A model generated the notes under the pieces. That model was given only the letters and a program-made list of their open reading frames with translations. It made no database searches and had not been told where the DNA came from. From positions 1 to 41,597 of IMG/VR virus record IMGVR_UViG_2703718828_000001: DNA of 41,597 bases. One strand, given 5' to 3'. The translations under genes and the position numbers were made by a program. This DNA comes from a virus (lineage: Duplodnaviria > Heunggongvirae > Uroviricota > Caudoviricetes). Below, piece after piece: positions 8,342 to 17,243 of this stretch (its first letter is position 1; each line of letters starts with the position of its first letter).

Positions 8342-9268
8342 ATGAGCCTGTTAATGCCATCCCGGCCGATAGTGATAAACCCTGACCTTGCATACAGCAT
8401 TGGCCTGAACGAGGCAATTGCGTTGCAGCAGGTGAACTACTGGCTGAAAGAAACAAACTCCGGTCTGGAGCGTGACGGCGTGCGCTGGATATATAACACC
8501 AACGAGCAGTGGCTGGAGCAGTTCCCGTTCTGGTCAGAGTCTACCCTGAAGCGCACCTTCACCCGCCTGAAGACTCTCGGCGTGCTCAAAATTGAGCAGC
8601 TGAATAAGTCTCAGCGCGACATGACGAACTACTACACGATCAACTACGAAAGCGAGCTTTTAGATGAGGTCAAAGTGACCAAATCGAAGAGTTCAAAATG
8701 CACTCGTCCATCAGGTCAAAATGAACCGATGGAAGAGGTCAAGGTGGAACACTCCATCGGGTCAAAACGAACCGCTGTCATCAGGTCAAATTGCACTGAT
8801 GTTCTTACAGAGAATACAACAGAGATTACTACAGAGAATAAAACCCCTTCTTGTCCGGTTGCGTCGCAACCAGACCGTGAAGTGTTGATCACTGATCAGG
8901 CCAAATCGGTGTTATCTCACCTGAACCAGGTCACGAACTCACGGTTCCAGGTATCAACCACATCCCTGCAGAATATCCGCGCCCGTATCGGCGAGGGGTT
9001 CACCGTGGAAGAGCTGCAGCTGGTGGTCGATTACTGCAACGCCAAATGGGCTGATGATCTGAAAATGTCCGATTACCTTCGCCCCCAGACGCTTTTCCAG
9101 CCGACCAAGTTCCCTGGCTACCTGAAGTCTGCTAACAACTGGTCAAAAGCTGGTAAGCCTGCACGGGTTAACGGTGAGTGGGCGAGGGAAGAGGGCGTAT
9201 TCAAATCGAGTTTCCAGAACACCAACTACGGCAAGATCCCCGCTGGTTTCAGAGGAGCTAACTCATGA
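8342..9268 (+). CDS. Replication initiator, O-like (replisome-organiser N-terminus, conserved phage C-terminus)
   Basis: N-terminal IVINPDLAYSIGLNEAIALQQVNYWL; C-terminal MSDYLRPQTLFQPTKFPGYL; iterons lie inside the gene as in lambda O. Confidence 0.65.
   Translation: MSLLMPSRPIVINPDLAYSIGLNEAIALQQVNYWLKETNSGLERDGVRWIYNTNEQWLEQFPFWSESTLKRTFTRLKTLGVLKIEQLNKSQRDMTNYYTINYESELLDEVKVTKSKSSKCTRPSGQNEPMEEVKVEHSIGSKRTAVIRSNCTDVLTENTTEITTENKTPSCPVASQPDREVLITDQAKSVLSHLNQVTNSRFQVSTTSLQNIRARIGEGFTVEELQLVVDYCNAKWADDLKMSDYLRPQTLFQPTKFPGYLKSANNWSKAGKPARVNGEWAREEGVFKSSFQNTNYGKIPAGFRGANS
8668..8790 (+). repeat. Putative replication origin: six direct iterons at ~23-bp spacing, followed by an AT-rich tract
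   Basis: GGTCAAA-type repeats at 8668, 8691 (GTTCAAA), 8714, 8737 (GGTCAAG), 8760 and 8784; then ACAGAGA repeats at 8805-8845. Confidence 0.65.
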
Positions 9269-9759
9269 GCCTTTTGAAAAACATTCAGCTGTTCATCACA
9301 AACAACCCTGGCCTGACCAACAAGCAGCTGGCGGCATCAATGCCACAGTTTGACGTTCACGCCGTGCAGCGTGGCGTATGTCACCTGGTAAAACTTAACC
9401 GCGCCACACGTAAGCATAACGGCAAGTGCTACCAGTATTTTGCTGAGCCACCAAGCGGAGCGGTAGGGGAAGTGATTTCCCGCGTGAAAATTGACAGAGC
9501 CCAGAGCACTACTGACGCGGAACAAGAAGCCGTATCAAATCCGGCAGTAGCTGCAATGCTGCTGAAAGCGAAGGGGCTGACTGAAAAGGGTTTGTATCAG
9601 CGTGCGGCGACAGTCCTGATGGAGGCTTTCAACCGTTCTAAGAACGAGGATGTGCGCGAAAAGATTCTGGTTGAGCGCCAGAAATGCCTCAGCCAGGTTC
9701 ACAAGCCGAAAGCACCAACGGATTCATGGTGTCTGGCTGGCAGGGGGAGAAACGTCTGA
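9265..9759 (+). CDS. Hypothetical protein in the replication module
   Basis: 164-aa ORF, AGAGGAG RBS, coupled to flanking genes. Confidence 0.45.
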   Translation: MSLLKNIQLFITNNPGLTNKQLAASMPQFDVHAVQRGVCHLVKLNRATRKHNGKCYQYFAEPPSGAVGEVISRVKIDRAQSTTDAEQEAVSNPAVAAMLLKAKGLTEKGLYQRAATVLMEAFNRSKNEDVREKILVERQKCLSQVHKPKAPTDSWCLAGRGRNV

Positions 9760-10418
9760 TGAAATATTCACTGATTTACGCCGATCCAGCCTGGGAATAT
9801 GGCAACACCATCAGCAACGGTGCAGCAGAGAACCACTACGGCACGATGAAGCTGATCGACATGAAACGTCTTCCTGTGTGGGAGCTGGCTGCCGAAGATG
9901 CCGTTCTGGCCATGTGGTTCACCGGCACTCACACACGTGAGGCTATCGAACTGGCTGAGGCGTGGGGCTTTAAGGTTCGCACGATGAAGGGGTTCACCTG
10001 GGTGAAGCTGAACCAGTTGGCTGAGCAGCATATTAACAAAGCCCTTCAGGCTGGTGGCGTAGAGGACTTTTACGACTTCCTCGACCTGCTCAATGTGCAG
10101 ACCCGGATGAACGGTGGCAACTCCACCCGCGCTAATACCGAAGACCTGCTGATCGCCACCAGAGGGAAGGGCCTCGAACGCATGAACGCCAGTGTGAAAC
10201 AGGTTATCTACAGCCCTCTTGGTGAGCACAGCGAAAAACCAGCAGAGGCTCGTTTCCGTCTGGAGCAGCTTTACGGCGACGTTCCGCGCATCGAACTTTT
10301 CAGCCGCTGCGGCGCGCCTGGCTGGGATCACTGGGGAAATCAGGCTGAGCGCCCAGCAGTTCATTTGTTGCCAGGTGTTGTCTGCGCCATCGACTGGGCT
10401 AAAGAGGATCTTGCATGA
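9759..10418 (+). CDS. DNA N6-adenine methyltransferase, MT-A70/phage Dam-like
   Basis: Start MKYSLIYADPAWEY carries a DPAW variant of the (D/N)PP(Y/W) catalytic motif; ATG at 9759 overlaps upstream stop. Confidence 0.65.
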   Translation: MKYSLIYADPAWEYGNTISNGAAENHYGTMKLIDMKRLPVWELAAEDAVLAMWFTGTHTREAIELAEAWGFKVRTMKGFTWVKLNQLAEQHINKALQAGGVEDFYDFLDLLNVQTRMNGGNSTRANTEDLLIATRGKGLERMNASVKQVIYSPLGEHSEKPAEARFRLEQLYGDVPRIELFSRCGAPGWDHWGNQAERPAVHLLPGVVCAIDWAKEDLA

Positions 10419-10633
10419 ACCAGTCCATCGAGAACGCCATTCAGGCAGAAGCGAAGCGCTGCAGCGAAGCCATCAAGTCAGCGATGAAGGCAAAGCCACG
10501 ACCAAAGTTCGACAGCATCAGCAAGCCCTTGCTCAGCATGCACTATGCGAAGGTAAAACCACTCGGCGTGTCCTTCATCAAATTCGTCAGTGTGATTGGA
10601 CGCCTTAACGGGCGCTATGGAGTGGACTCATGA
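10415..10633 (+). CDS. Hypothetical small protein
   Basis: 72-aa ORF with ATGA overlaps on both sides. Confidence 0.45.
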   Translation: MNQSIENAIQAEAKRCSEAIKSAMKAKPRPKFDSISKPLLSMHYAKVKPLGVSFIKFVSVIGRLNGRYGVDS

Positions 10634-10950
10634 ACCATTTAACGCCCCGTCAAAGTGAAGTTCTGGATGCAATAGTGCTCTACAAGGATAGAACCGGATT
10701 CCCGCCGACGATTCTGGAGCTTGCCGGTTTAATTGGCTGTGCATCACCTAATGCTGCTGCCGAGCATGTGAAGGCGCTTAAGAAAAAAGGTTACATCTCA
10801 ATTGCTCCTGGCGCTGCCAGGGGGATTACCGTAGTCAAAACGGAATGGGATGCAGAACCTGTAACGATCATTAAAGAGCTGCTATCCGGTGGAGAAAATG
10901 CCAGAGATAACGCTGTGGAATGGCTGAAAAAGCAGGGAGTGACGTTATGA
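10630..10950 (+). CDS. LexA N-terminal DNA-binding domain protein lacking the peptidase domain
   Basis: TPRQSEVLDAIVLYKDRTGFPPTILELAGLIGCASPNAAAEHVKALKKKGYI closely parallels the LexA winged-helix N-terminus; only 106 aa, no S24 domain. Confidence 0.65.
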   Translation: MNHLTPRQSEVLDAIVLYKDRTGFPPTILELAGLIGCASPNAAAEHVKALKKKGYISIAPGAARGITVVKTEWDAEPVTIIKELLSGGENARDNAVEWLKKQGVTL

Positions 10951-11333
10951 AACTTGTTCTCCCGTTTCCACCGAGCGTAAACACCTACTGGCGAGCCCCG
11001 AACAAGGGACCACTGAAAGGCCGTCACCTCATTAGCGAAAAGGGCAGGGCATACCAGAGTGCAGCTTGTTCGGCTATTGTCGATCAGCTGCGCCGCCTTC
11101 CAAAACCCTCCACCGCACCGGCGGCAGTGGAAATTCTTCTTTTCCCACCCGATGCGCGTCGCCGCGACATCGACAACTACAACAAAGCGCTGTTCGACGC
11201 GCTGAGCCACGCAGGGATCTGGGAGGATGACAGCCAGATTAAGCGAATGGTGGTGGAGTGGGGGCCAGTAACGCAGAAAGGAAAGGTTGAAATCACGATC
11301 AGTAAGTACGAACCGGCGGGTGCAGCCGCCTGA
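10947..11333 (+). CDS. rusA: RusA Holliday-junction resolvase
   Basis: MKLVLPFPPSVNTYW...RRDIDNYNKALFDAL matches the RusA family; about 128 aa. Confidence 0.85.
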   Translation: MKLVLPFPPSVNTYWRAPNKGPLKGRHLISEKGRAYQSAACSAIVDQLRRLPKPSTAPAAVEILLFPPDARRRDIDNYNKALFDALSHAGIWEDDSQIKRMVVEWGPVTQKGKVEITISKYEPAGAAA

Positions 11334-11348
11334 TAAGTGGAGAAGAGC

Positions 11349-12074
11349 ATGAACCAGATGAACGCAACCGTAATGTGTCAGACCCATCATGCAGCAGCTA
11401 TGGCGCAGCAAATAACGATGTCCAGTCGCGAAATTTCTCAGTTGGTGGATTCTCGTCACAGCAATGTATGCGTGACCATTGAGCGGCTCATGAACAGCGG
11501 TGTTATTGGGGGGTATGCTGCAATGCAGTACACCCATCCCCAGAACGGGCAGGTTTACCATTACTACGAAGTTAACAAGCGAGACAGTTATGTGATCGTT
11601 GCCCAGCTCTCGCCAGAGTTCACGGCTCGTCTTGTTGACCGCTGGCAGGAGCTGGAAAGCAGCGGGAGAATGGTGGTACCGCAATCATTGCCTGAAGCCC
11701 TCAGGTTAGCGGCTGACCTCGCTGAGCAAAAGCAGCGCTTGAGCGAAGAGCTGGCGATTGCCGCACCTAAAGCAGAGTTTGTTGATCGTTATGTCACGGC
11801 AACCGGCTCAATGACTTTTCGACAGGTTGCGAAGCTGCTCAATGCCAAAGAGCCTGAGTTTCGCCTGTTCCTGCTGGATCATCACATCATGTACCGCCTG
11901 AGCGGCGTTCTTACCCCATATCATCAGCATATTGAGTCTGGCCGCTTCGAAGTTAAGACCGGTACAACCAACGCTTCGAATTATGCGTTCAGCCAGGCCC
12001 GCTTCACGGCGAAAGGGGTCAAGTGGATTGGTGGTCTTTGGGCTGAGCACACCGCTAAGGGGCAAATGACGTGA
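11349..12074 (+). CDS. Phage antirepressor, Rha-type N-terminus with KilAC-like C-terminus
   Basis: ITMSSREISQLVDSRHSNVCVTIERL (Rha-like) and a C-terminal antirepressor-like segment. Confidence 0.65.
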   Translation: MNQMNATVMCQTHHAAAMAQQITMSSREISQLVDSRHSNVCVTIERLMNSGVIGGYAAMQYTHPQNGQVYHYYEVNKRDSYVIVAQLSPEFTARLVDRWQELESSGRMVVPQSLPEALRLAADLAEQKQRLSEELAIAAPKAEFVDRYVTATGSMTFRQVAKLLNAKEPEFRLFLLDHHIMYRLSGVLTPYHQHIESGRFEVKTGTTNASNYAFSQARFTAKGVKWIGGLWAEHTAKGQMT

Positions 12075-13060
12075 GGGCACTACTTACACCTGAAATTGCG
12101 CCTATGGCCGGGGTGGTTATCTTTCGCCCCGGAACTGATTTGCTCTGGCTATTCCGTCAGGGAAGGGTGGTAATTGAAAAGCCATCGGACGATATACAGC
12201 ATCTACCGTCTGGCCTGCTTCCAGAGTCATACCAGCCACTGACACATGATGACAGTATGCAGGTTGTTTTTGAGAATGAGCGCGTTATTCAGCGTGCTGG
12301 TGGTCTGAACGGTCTGGATGCCTGGCTGGAGCGAAAGTATGAATGCCAGTGGCCACACGAAGAGTGGCATTCCCGTGATTTTACAGTGATGCGCCACGCT
12401 CCCGGTAGCGTACGTTTGTGCTGGGGTTGTGATAACAATCTGCGTGATCAAACCACTGAAAGACTCGCAGGCATTGCCCGTGAAAACCTGGTATCCTGGC
12501 TACTGGCAACCGTAACCGGTCAACTTGGTTTCAGTGAAGACCATGTGCTGACACTTCCGGAGTTCTGCTGGTGGATGGTCAGGAATGGGCTGGCAGATGT
12601 TATTCCGGAAAAGCTGGCGGCAAAAGCTTTAAGGATTGAGCCAGAACCTATTCAGTCAGTGATGCGTGAAAGTGACATCACACCTTCGGTACCGGCGGCA
12701 GAACTGCTTCAGGAGAAAGTCAAAAAGATAGTAGCGGTGAAGGTAGACCCGGAAACCCCGGAATCCTTCATGCTGAAACCTAAGCGTCGCCGCTGGGAAA
12801 ACGAGAAGTATACCCGCTGGGTAAAGTCGCAGCAGTGCATGTGCTGTAACAACCCGGCAGACGATCCCCACCACCTGATAGGTCACGGGCAGGGTGGAAT
12901 GGGTACCAAAGCGCACGACCTGTTTGTGATACCTCTGTGCAGAGAGCATCACGACGAGTTGCACGCCAGTCCTGTGGCATTCGAAGCGAAATACGGCGAC
13001 CAGTTAACGCTGCTTTTTCGTTTTTTAGATCGTGCGCTGGCAATCGGCGTATTAGCATGA
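12071..13060 (+). CDS. DUF968 (YdfU-like) protein with C-terminal Cys/His cluster
   Basis: 329 aa; C-terminal CMCCNNPADDPHHLIGHG...CREHHDELH; sits directly upstream of Q as ydfU does in the E. coli Qin prophage. Confidence 0.5.
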   Translation: MRALLTPEIAPMAGVVIFRPGTDLLWLFRQGRVVIEKPSDDIQHLPSGLLPESYQPLTHDDSMQVVFENERVIQRAGGLNGLDAWLERKYECQWPHEEWHSRDFTVMRHAPGSVRLCWGCDNNLRDQTTERLAGIARENLVSWLLATVTGQLGFSEDHVLTLPEFCWWMVRNGLADVIPEKLAAKALRIEPEPIQSVMRESDITPSVPAAELLQEKVKKIVAVKVDPETPESFMLKPKRRRWENEKYTRWVKSQQCMCCNNPADDPHHLIGHGQGGMGTKAHDLFVIPLCREHHDELHASPVAFEAKYGDQLTLLFRFLDRALAIGVLA

Positions 13061-13074
13061 ACAGTGGAGATAAC

Positions 13075-13443
13075 ATGCGCGATATTCAAATGGTTTTAGA
13101 ACGCTGGGGCGGGTGGGCTGCAAGTGATAATTCTGGTGTCGATTATTCACCTATTGCTGCGGGATTCAAAGGGCTCCTACCTCAGGAAAGCAAACCCCGT
13201 CTCTCTTGCACTGATGACGATGCCTTAATCATTGAAGGGTGCCTTGCTCGCTTAAAGAAGAAAAAGCCCTATGAACATTCTTTGCTAGTAGCTCATTATT
13301 TATACGGTATTTCTAAGCGGAAGATAGCTAAAGCGCGCAAGAAAGATGAGAAGATTATTCGCATTGAGATACAACTTGCAGAAGGCTTTATTGATGGATG
13401 TTTGGCAATGTTAGACATCAAACTTGAGATGGACTTATACTAA
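13075..13443 (+). CDS. Late-gene antiterminator Q (QuuD-like)
   Basis: MRDIQMVLERWGGWAA...AAGFKGLLP...CLARLKKKKP resembles QuuD-type Q proteins; GGAGA RBS. Confidence 0.7.
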   Translation: MRDIQMVLERWGGWAASDNSGVDYSPIAAGFKGLLPQESKPRLSCTDDDALIIEGCLARLKKKKPYEHSLLVAHYLYGISKRKIAKARKKDEKIIRIEIQLAEGFIDGCLAMLDIKLEMDLY

Positions 13444-13450
13444 TAATTAT

Positions 13451-13480
13451 GGCGGCCACATACTTTGTGGCCCACGCCAA
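13451..13480. terminator. GC-rich hairpin between convergent genes (bidirectional terminator candidate)
   Basis: Stem ggccaca / tgtggcc (13454-13472) flanked by A/T-rich sequence. Confidence 0.45.
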
Positions 13481-13482
13481 CA

Positions 13483-14259
13483 TTATTTTGCTACAACAAA
13501 AGGAATAATATTATCTGCAGGGATTATGATGCTATTTATTTTTGGTATCAATAATCTGCCATTTTGATAAAAATCAAATACGAATCTAAACTCTTTCTCA
13601 TGCCTGAATTTTTGTGGTTTAAGCATATAGCTATGGCTTAACCAATCAATAACTTGTTTCGGATTAGTTTCAACCTCTTTGTTCTCAATCTGTATATTCC
13701 TTTCAGTGTACTTTATTTGGGTAGCTTCCCACTCCAAATGTAAAGTATCTTTTGTAACCTCTCTGTCGAATAGAGATTCACCATTTTGAATTCTCTTCCC
13801 TATAGTTAGTATCAAAGACTGCGCAATTTCATTAGCTACTTTCTCTAAATCTTCTAATTTGATGTGCCAGTAATCATTATAATCCTTGAATATGGATTTG
13901 CATTCAAGAGGATCTTCAAGAAGTGAAATGCAGAATACAAATCTATTGTATTTACTCAAAGATGCCGTAGCCTTAAATTTATCAATGAATAAATAGTCAG
14001 TTGCTAGCTTACTGTGAGGATATACAATTAATTCCTCGGTGTAAAATTTGTTATCAGAATTAAATGACGATGACATTTGATTGAATAAATGTGCAGGTAA
14101 ATCTATTCCGGATAAGTTAAAAGTCATAAATATATATCCTTCATCCTTGTCTGCAATCTCTTCTTTTTCTGTATCCCTGTATTCCGTCAGACTTCCTATT
14201 TTGATTGTTTTCCTGATTAAAATATTGTCACGTTCATCGCAACTTTTCACTAGATACAT
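13483..14259 (-). CDS. AT-rich orphan cargo gene, 258 aa, no recognisable domain
   Basis: ATG at 14259 with AAGGTG RBS; visibly A/T-rich against GC-rich flanks; antisense to the late operon, between Q and the lysis cassette. Confidence 0.6.
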   Translation of the reverse strand: MYLVKSCDERDNILIRKTIKIGSLTEYRDTEKEEIADKDEGYIFMTFNLSGIDLPAHLFNQMSSSFNSDNKFYTEELIVYPHSKLATDYLFIDKFKATASLSKYNRFVFCISLLEDPLECKSIFKDYNDYWHIKLEDLEKVANEIAQSLILTIGKRIQNGESLFDREVTKDTLHLEWEATQIKYTERNIQIENKEVETNPKQVIDWLSHSYMLKPQKFRHEKEFRFVFDFYQNGRLLIPKINSIIIPADNIIPFVVAK

Positions 14260-14392
14260 GAAAACACCTTACTTTTTGGGTGGTTGAAAAAGTTCATACG
14301 CGGTCCGCAAAAAATGCGGTAATGTGATAAGAGTCGTTACTAAGAAAGACCGCTTACGAAGTTCAAGTTATACACAATTCAAGGAACTACTT

Positions 14393-14419
14393 AAAGGCCG
14401 CCATTGGGCGGCCTTTTTC
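14393..14419 (+). terminator. Rho-independent terminator, candidate tR' (Q-antiterminated)
   Basis: aaaggccgcc-attg-ggcggccttttt hairpin with T-tract, ~50 bp upstream of the holin gene. Confidence 0.6.
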
Positions 14420-14465
14420 ATATCCCCTCGTTCTGAGAGGAATCACGGCAATAAGAGGGGGCTAA

Positions 14466-14861
14466 ATGTCCGATCCTGTTTCTGGCACTACGGTAGCGGC
14501 TGGTGGTCTGATGGGGGCCAGCATGTTTGGCCTGGCAACTGGCATTGATTACGGCGTGGTGTTTGGCGCATTTGCTGGCGCGGTGTTCTACGTTGCAACG
14601 GCGGTAAACATCAGCCGTCTTAAGCTGGTGGGCTACTTCATCACCTCGTTCATCTTCGGCGTTATCGGCGCTCCATTACTTGGGTCTTACTTCTCCAAAT
14701 GGACGGGTTACAGCGACAGGCCACTTGATGCGCTGGGCGCGGTAATCGTAGCCGCTATTGCCATTAAGCTGCTGACGTTCGTCAACAGTCAGGATTTGGG
14801 TAGCCTGTTTGGAATTCTCTCTCGCTTACGTGGAGGAGGGGCCAGCAATGGTAACAAGTGA
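14466..14861 (+). CDS. Putative holin (multi-TM membrane protein)
   Basis: 131 aa with several hydrophobic segments; first gene of the lysis cassette. Confidence 0.5.
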   Translation: MSDPVSGTTVAAGGLMGASMFGLATGIDYGVVFGAFAGAVFYVATAVNISRLKLVGYFITSFIFGVIGAPLLGSYFSKWTGYSDRPLDALGAVIVAAIAIKLLTFVNSQDLGSLFGILSRLRGGGASNGNK

Positions 14862-15129
14862 TCCGAGTGCAATAGCGAATGCCGTTATTTGCGGCGTAAT
14901 CGTCCTTGTACTGATGTTCTACCAGCGTGGCGGGGCGAGACATCGCCCGTTGATATCGCTGATGGCTTATTTCACGGTGCTGGTATACGCCAGCGTCCCT
15001 TTCCGTTACCTGTTCGGCCTGTACCATGAATCACACTGGTTTGTGGTGCTGGTGAACGTCCTGATTTGTGCTGCCGTTCTCTGGGCTCGGGGAAACGTGG
15101 CGCGTCTGATTGATGCACTGAGGCACTAA
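14848..15129 (+). CDS. Holin-like small membrane protein
   Basis: 93 aa from ATG at 14848 (GGAGGAGGG RBS); hydrophobic segments; immediately upstream of the endolysin. Confidence 0.5.
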   Translation: MVTSDPSAIANAVICGVIVLVLMFYQRGGARHRPLISLMAYFTVLVYASVPFRYLFGLYHESHWFVVLVNVLICAAVLWARGNVARLIDALRH

Positions 15130-15758
15130 TGAACCAATTACAATTTCAAAAGGCGGCTGGGTTAAGCGCCGAGTTAGCTGCGCGCTGGTACCAGCCAATC
15201 AGTGATGCGATGAAAGAGTTCGGTATCACCAAGCCAGTAGACCAGGCTATGTTCATTGCGCAGGCGGGGCATGAGTCGACAGGGTTCACCCGGCTGCAGG
15301 AAAACTTCAACTACAGCGTAGTGGGGTTGGCCAGCTTCATTCGGTCTGGGCGTATCACACAGGACCAGGCTAACGCGCTGGGCCGCCGACCTGAAGAGCG
15401 AGCATTACCGATTGAGCGCCAGCGTGCCATAGCTAACCTGGTATACAGCAAACGCTACGGTAACAACTCGCCAGGTGATGGATGGAAATACCGTGGGCGT
15501 GGCCTCATCGGCATTACGTTCCTGGATAACTACCGTGACTGTGGAAATGCCCTGAAGGTCGATCTGGTTCAGCAGCCTGAGCTGTTAGCCGAACCAATTT
15601 ATGCAGCCAGAAGCGCTGCATGGTTCTTCGCCACAAAGGGATGCCTGAAATATTCAGATAACCTGATGCAGGTGACGAAGATTATCAACGGCGGAACGAA
15701 CGGACTGGAAGATCGTCGCGCTCGATTCGGTCAGGCAAAAACGGCCATGGTGGTGTGA
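15129..15758 (+). CDS. Endolysin, glycoside hydrolase family 19 (chitinase-like)
   Basis: [22 protein letters not shown]...[24 protein letters not shown], typical of GH19 phage lysozymes. Confidence 0.8.
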   Translation: MNQLQFQKAAGLSAELAARWYQPISDAMKEFGITKPVDQAMFIAQAGHESTGFTRLQENFNYSVVGLASFIRSGRITQDQANALGRRPEERALPIERQRAIANLVYSKRYGNNSPGDGWKYRGRGLIGITFLDNYRDCGNALKVDLVQQPELLAEPIYAARSAAWFFATKGCLKYSDNLMQVTKIINGGTNGLEDRRARFGQAKTAMVV

Positions 15759-15759
15759 T

Positions 15760-16071
15760 ATGACAACGAAGATATGTCTCTTGCTTTCCGCCATTCTTCT
15801 TATGTCTGCTTGCGACAATGGGCCAGAGCCAGCCAGGTCTACAATGGCTGTTTCCTCGCAACTTTCATCTGACGCTGACCGCATCAAGGTGACAAAAATG
15901 TCAGAGTTCCGTGACGGACTCGCTTATGACAATTGGCGCGGTGTTTATCTCATCCAGGATAAACAAACGGGACGTGAATACATCGGAATAAGTGGAATCG
16001 GTATATCGGAGGTTGGGTCTCATAGTCAACTGGTCGGCAAAGTTCAGCAGCAGGTAAGGGACGAAAGATGA
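15760..16071 (+). CDS. Lipoprotein of unknown function within the lysis cassette
   Basis: Signal peptide plus lipobox (LLMSAC); sits between endolysin and spanins. Confidence 0.5.
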   Translation: MTTKICLLLSAILLMSACDNGPEPARSTMAVSSQLSSDADRIKVTKMSEFRDGLAYDNWRGVYLIQDKQTGREYIGISGIGISEVGSHSQLVGKVQQQVRDER

Positions 16072-16343
16072 ACCTTGAACTAATGCTAGCGCTGATAGTT
16101 TCGGCACTCGCAGCAATTGCCGGAGCGTTTGGATTGGGCCATATCCGCGGCACCAGCAAAGCTGAAGCGAAAGCAGACCAGCAGCGCACTGAAGATAAGG
16201 CCGCCGCCACTCAAGCAGTAGCCGAACGCCGGGTAGAAGCAACGAAAGAGGCCAGCAATGTACAGCAGAATGTTAACCGCATGCCTGATGACGATGTTGA
16301 TCGCGAGCTGCGTGACACGTGGAAGCGTCCCGGTGGTGGTTGA
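16068..16343 (+). CDS. i-spanin (Rz-like)
   Basis: N-terminal TM helix then charged coiled-coil region; position after endolysin. Confidence 0.6.
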   Translation: MNLELMLALIVSALAAIAGAFGLGHIRGTSKAEAKADQQRTEDKAAATQAVAERRVEATKEASNVQQNVNRMPDDDVDRELRDTWKRPGGG

Positions 16344-16476
16344 TACAGCCTGTGACTGGGTAAAGCCAATCTATCTGACTGATCACGACATTGATGTTCT
16401 TGACCGCCAGACGAAACGCGATGTGCTGGCACATAACAAAGCGTGGAAGGCTAACTGCCAGAAGGAGATGAAGTGA
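16258..16476 (+). CDS. o-spanin (Rz1-like lipoprotein) overlapping Rz in another frame
   Basis: Lipobox LIASC; starts inside the Rz gene and extends past it. Confidence 0.55.
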   Translation: MYSRMLTACLMTMLIASCVTRGSVPVVVDTACDWVKPIYLTDHDIDVLDRQTKRDVLAHNKAWKANCQKEMK

Positions 16477-16856
16477 ACGAACAGGCACAAAAAATACTTA
16501 CCGATCTGCTACAAAGAGCTGCCAATGGAGTGGATGCAGCCGTGTCATTCAGTCAGTCTCAAATTCCTGATGTGGTTCGTCAGTTACTAATTTGGAACTT
16601 TGCTGCGTCGGTGATTTTTTCCATCTTAGGTGTCCTGCTTTTTGCAGGGGCGCAGTTTGGTGCATGGAAAGTATTTAAGCACCTTCGAAAACGATGGCGA
16701 GATGATGAATTATGGGAACACCCAGAGATTATAATTATTGCAGTGGTCTACATCGTCACATTCGCGCCTCTGGGTTGGCTGTCATTGGACTGGTTAAAAA
16801 TCTGGCTCGCTCCAAAGCTTTACCTGATTGAGTACGCCGCCTCACTGATGAAGTAG
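16473..16856 (+). CDS. Hypothetical membrane protein
   Basis: GTG start with AGGAG RBS; two hydrophobic helices. Confidence 0.45.
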   Translation: MNEQAQKILTDLLQRAANGVDAAVSFSQSQIPDVVRQLLIWNFAASVIFSILGVLLFAGAQFGAWKVFKHLRKRWRDDELWEHPEIIIIAVVYIVTFAPLGWLSLDWLKIWLAPKLYLIEYAASLMK

Positions 16857-16903
16857 CCATTCCAAAGCTCACCTGCTGGTGGGCTTGATAATGCCGTAGC
16901 GCT

Positions 16904-17014
16904 CTAAAAGTTGAAGCCTTTTGCCAGGCAATAGGTTTTAACAATCTCGTTGATTGCTGGGGAAAGAGCGATTACTAGCGAGAAGAAAAGATCAATGTAG
17001 TGTGTATATGGCAT
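16904..17014 (-). CDS. Candidate small hydrophobic peptide, 36 aa
   Basis: Minus-strand ATG at 17014 preceded by AGGAGGT; MPYTHYIDLFFSLVIALSPAINEIVKTYCLAKGFNF. Confidence 0.3.
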   Translation of the reverse strand: MPYTHYIDLFFSLVIALSPAINEIVKTYCLAKGFNF

Positions 17015-17243
17015 GGGTTTACCTCCTGAGATTTAAGTGACTGGAGATACCTCGATGCGAGATATCTAGTGTGTCGGTTAACTCTCCGGGGTGATCTGTT
17101 ATCTACTATAAGAGATAAAACCTCTATCCTCTCAAGCGGATAAACATTCGAATATCCCGTGTAGGGGATAGGCCTTACAACAGGCATTCACTACTATGTG
17201 TGACAATGCTAATCTTGCTGTGCAAAAACACAGCAAGGAAATG

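Noticed and set aside
8173-8385. 70-aa ORF in an alternative frame
   Set aside because: Overlaps both 7994..8332 and the O-like start; I cannot choose between the two frames without codon-usage statistics, and kept the one ending cleanly before the O-like RBS.
10791-11684. 297-aa minus-strand ORF
   Set aside because: Spans the rusA and antirepressor genes on the opposite strand; those sense genes have strong family signatures and translational coupling.
16975-17187. 70-aa minus-strand ORF
   Set aside because: No RBS and odd composition; the region more likely serves as leader for the in-phase 36-aa ORF with a strong SD, or is non-coding.
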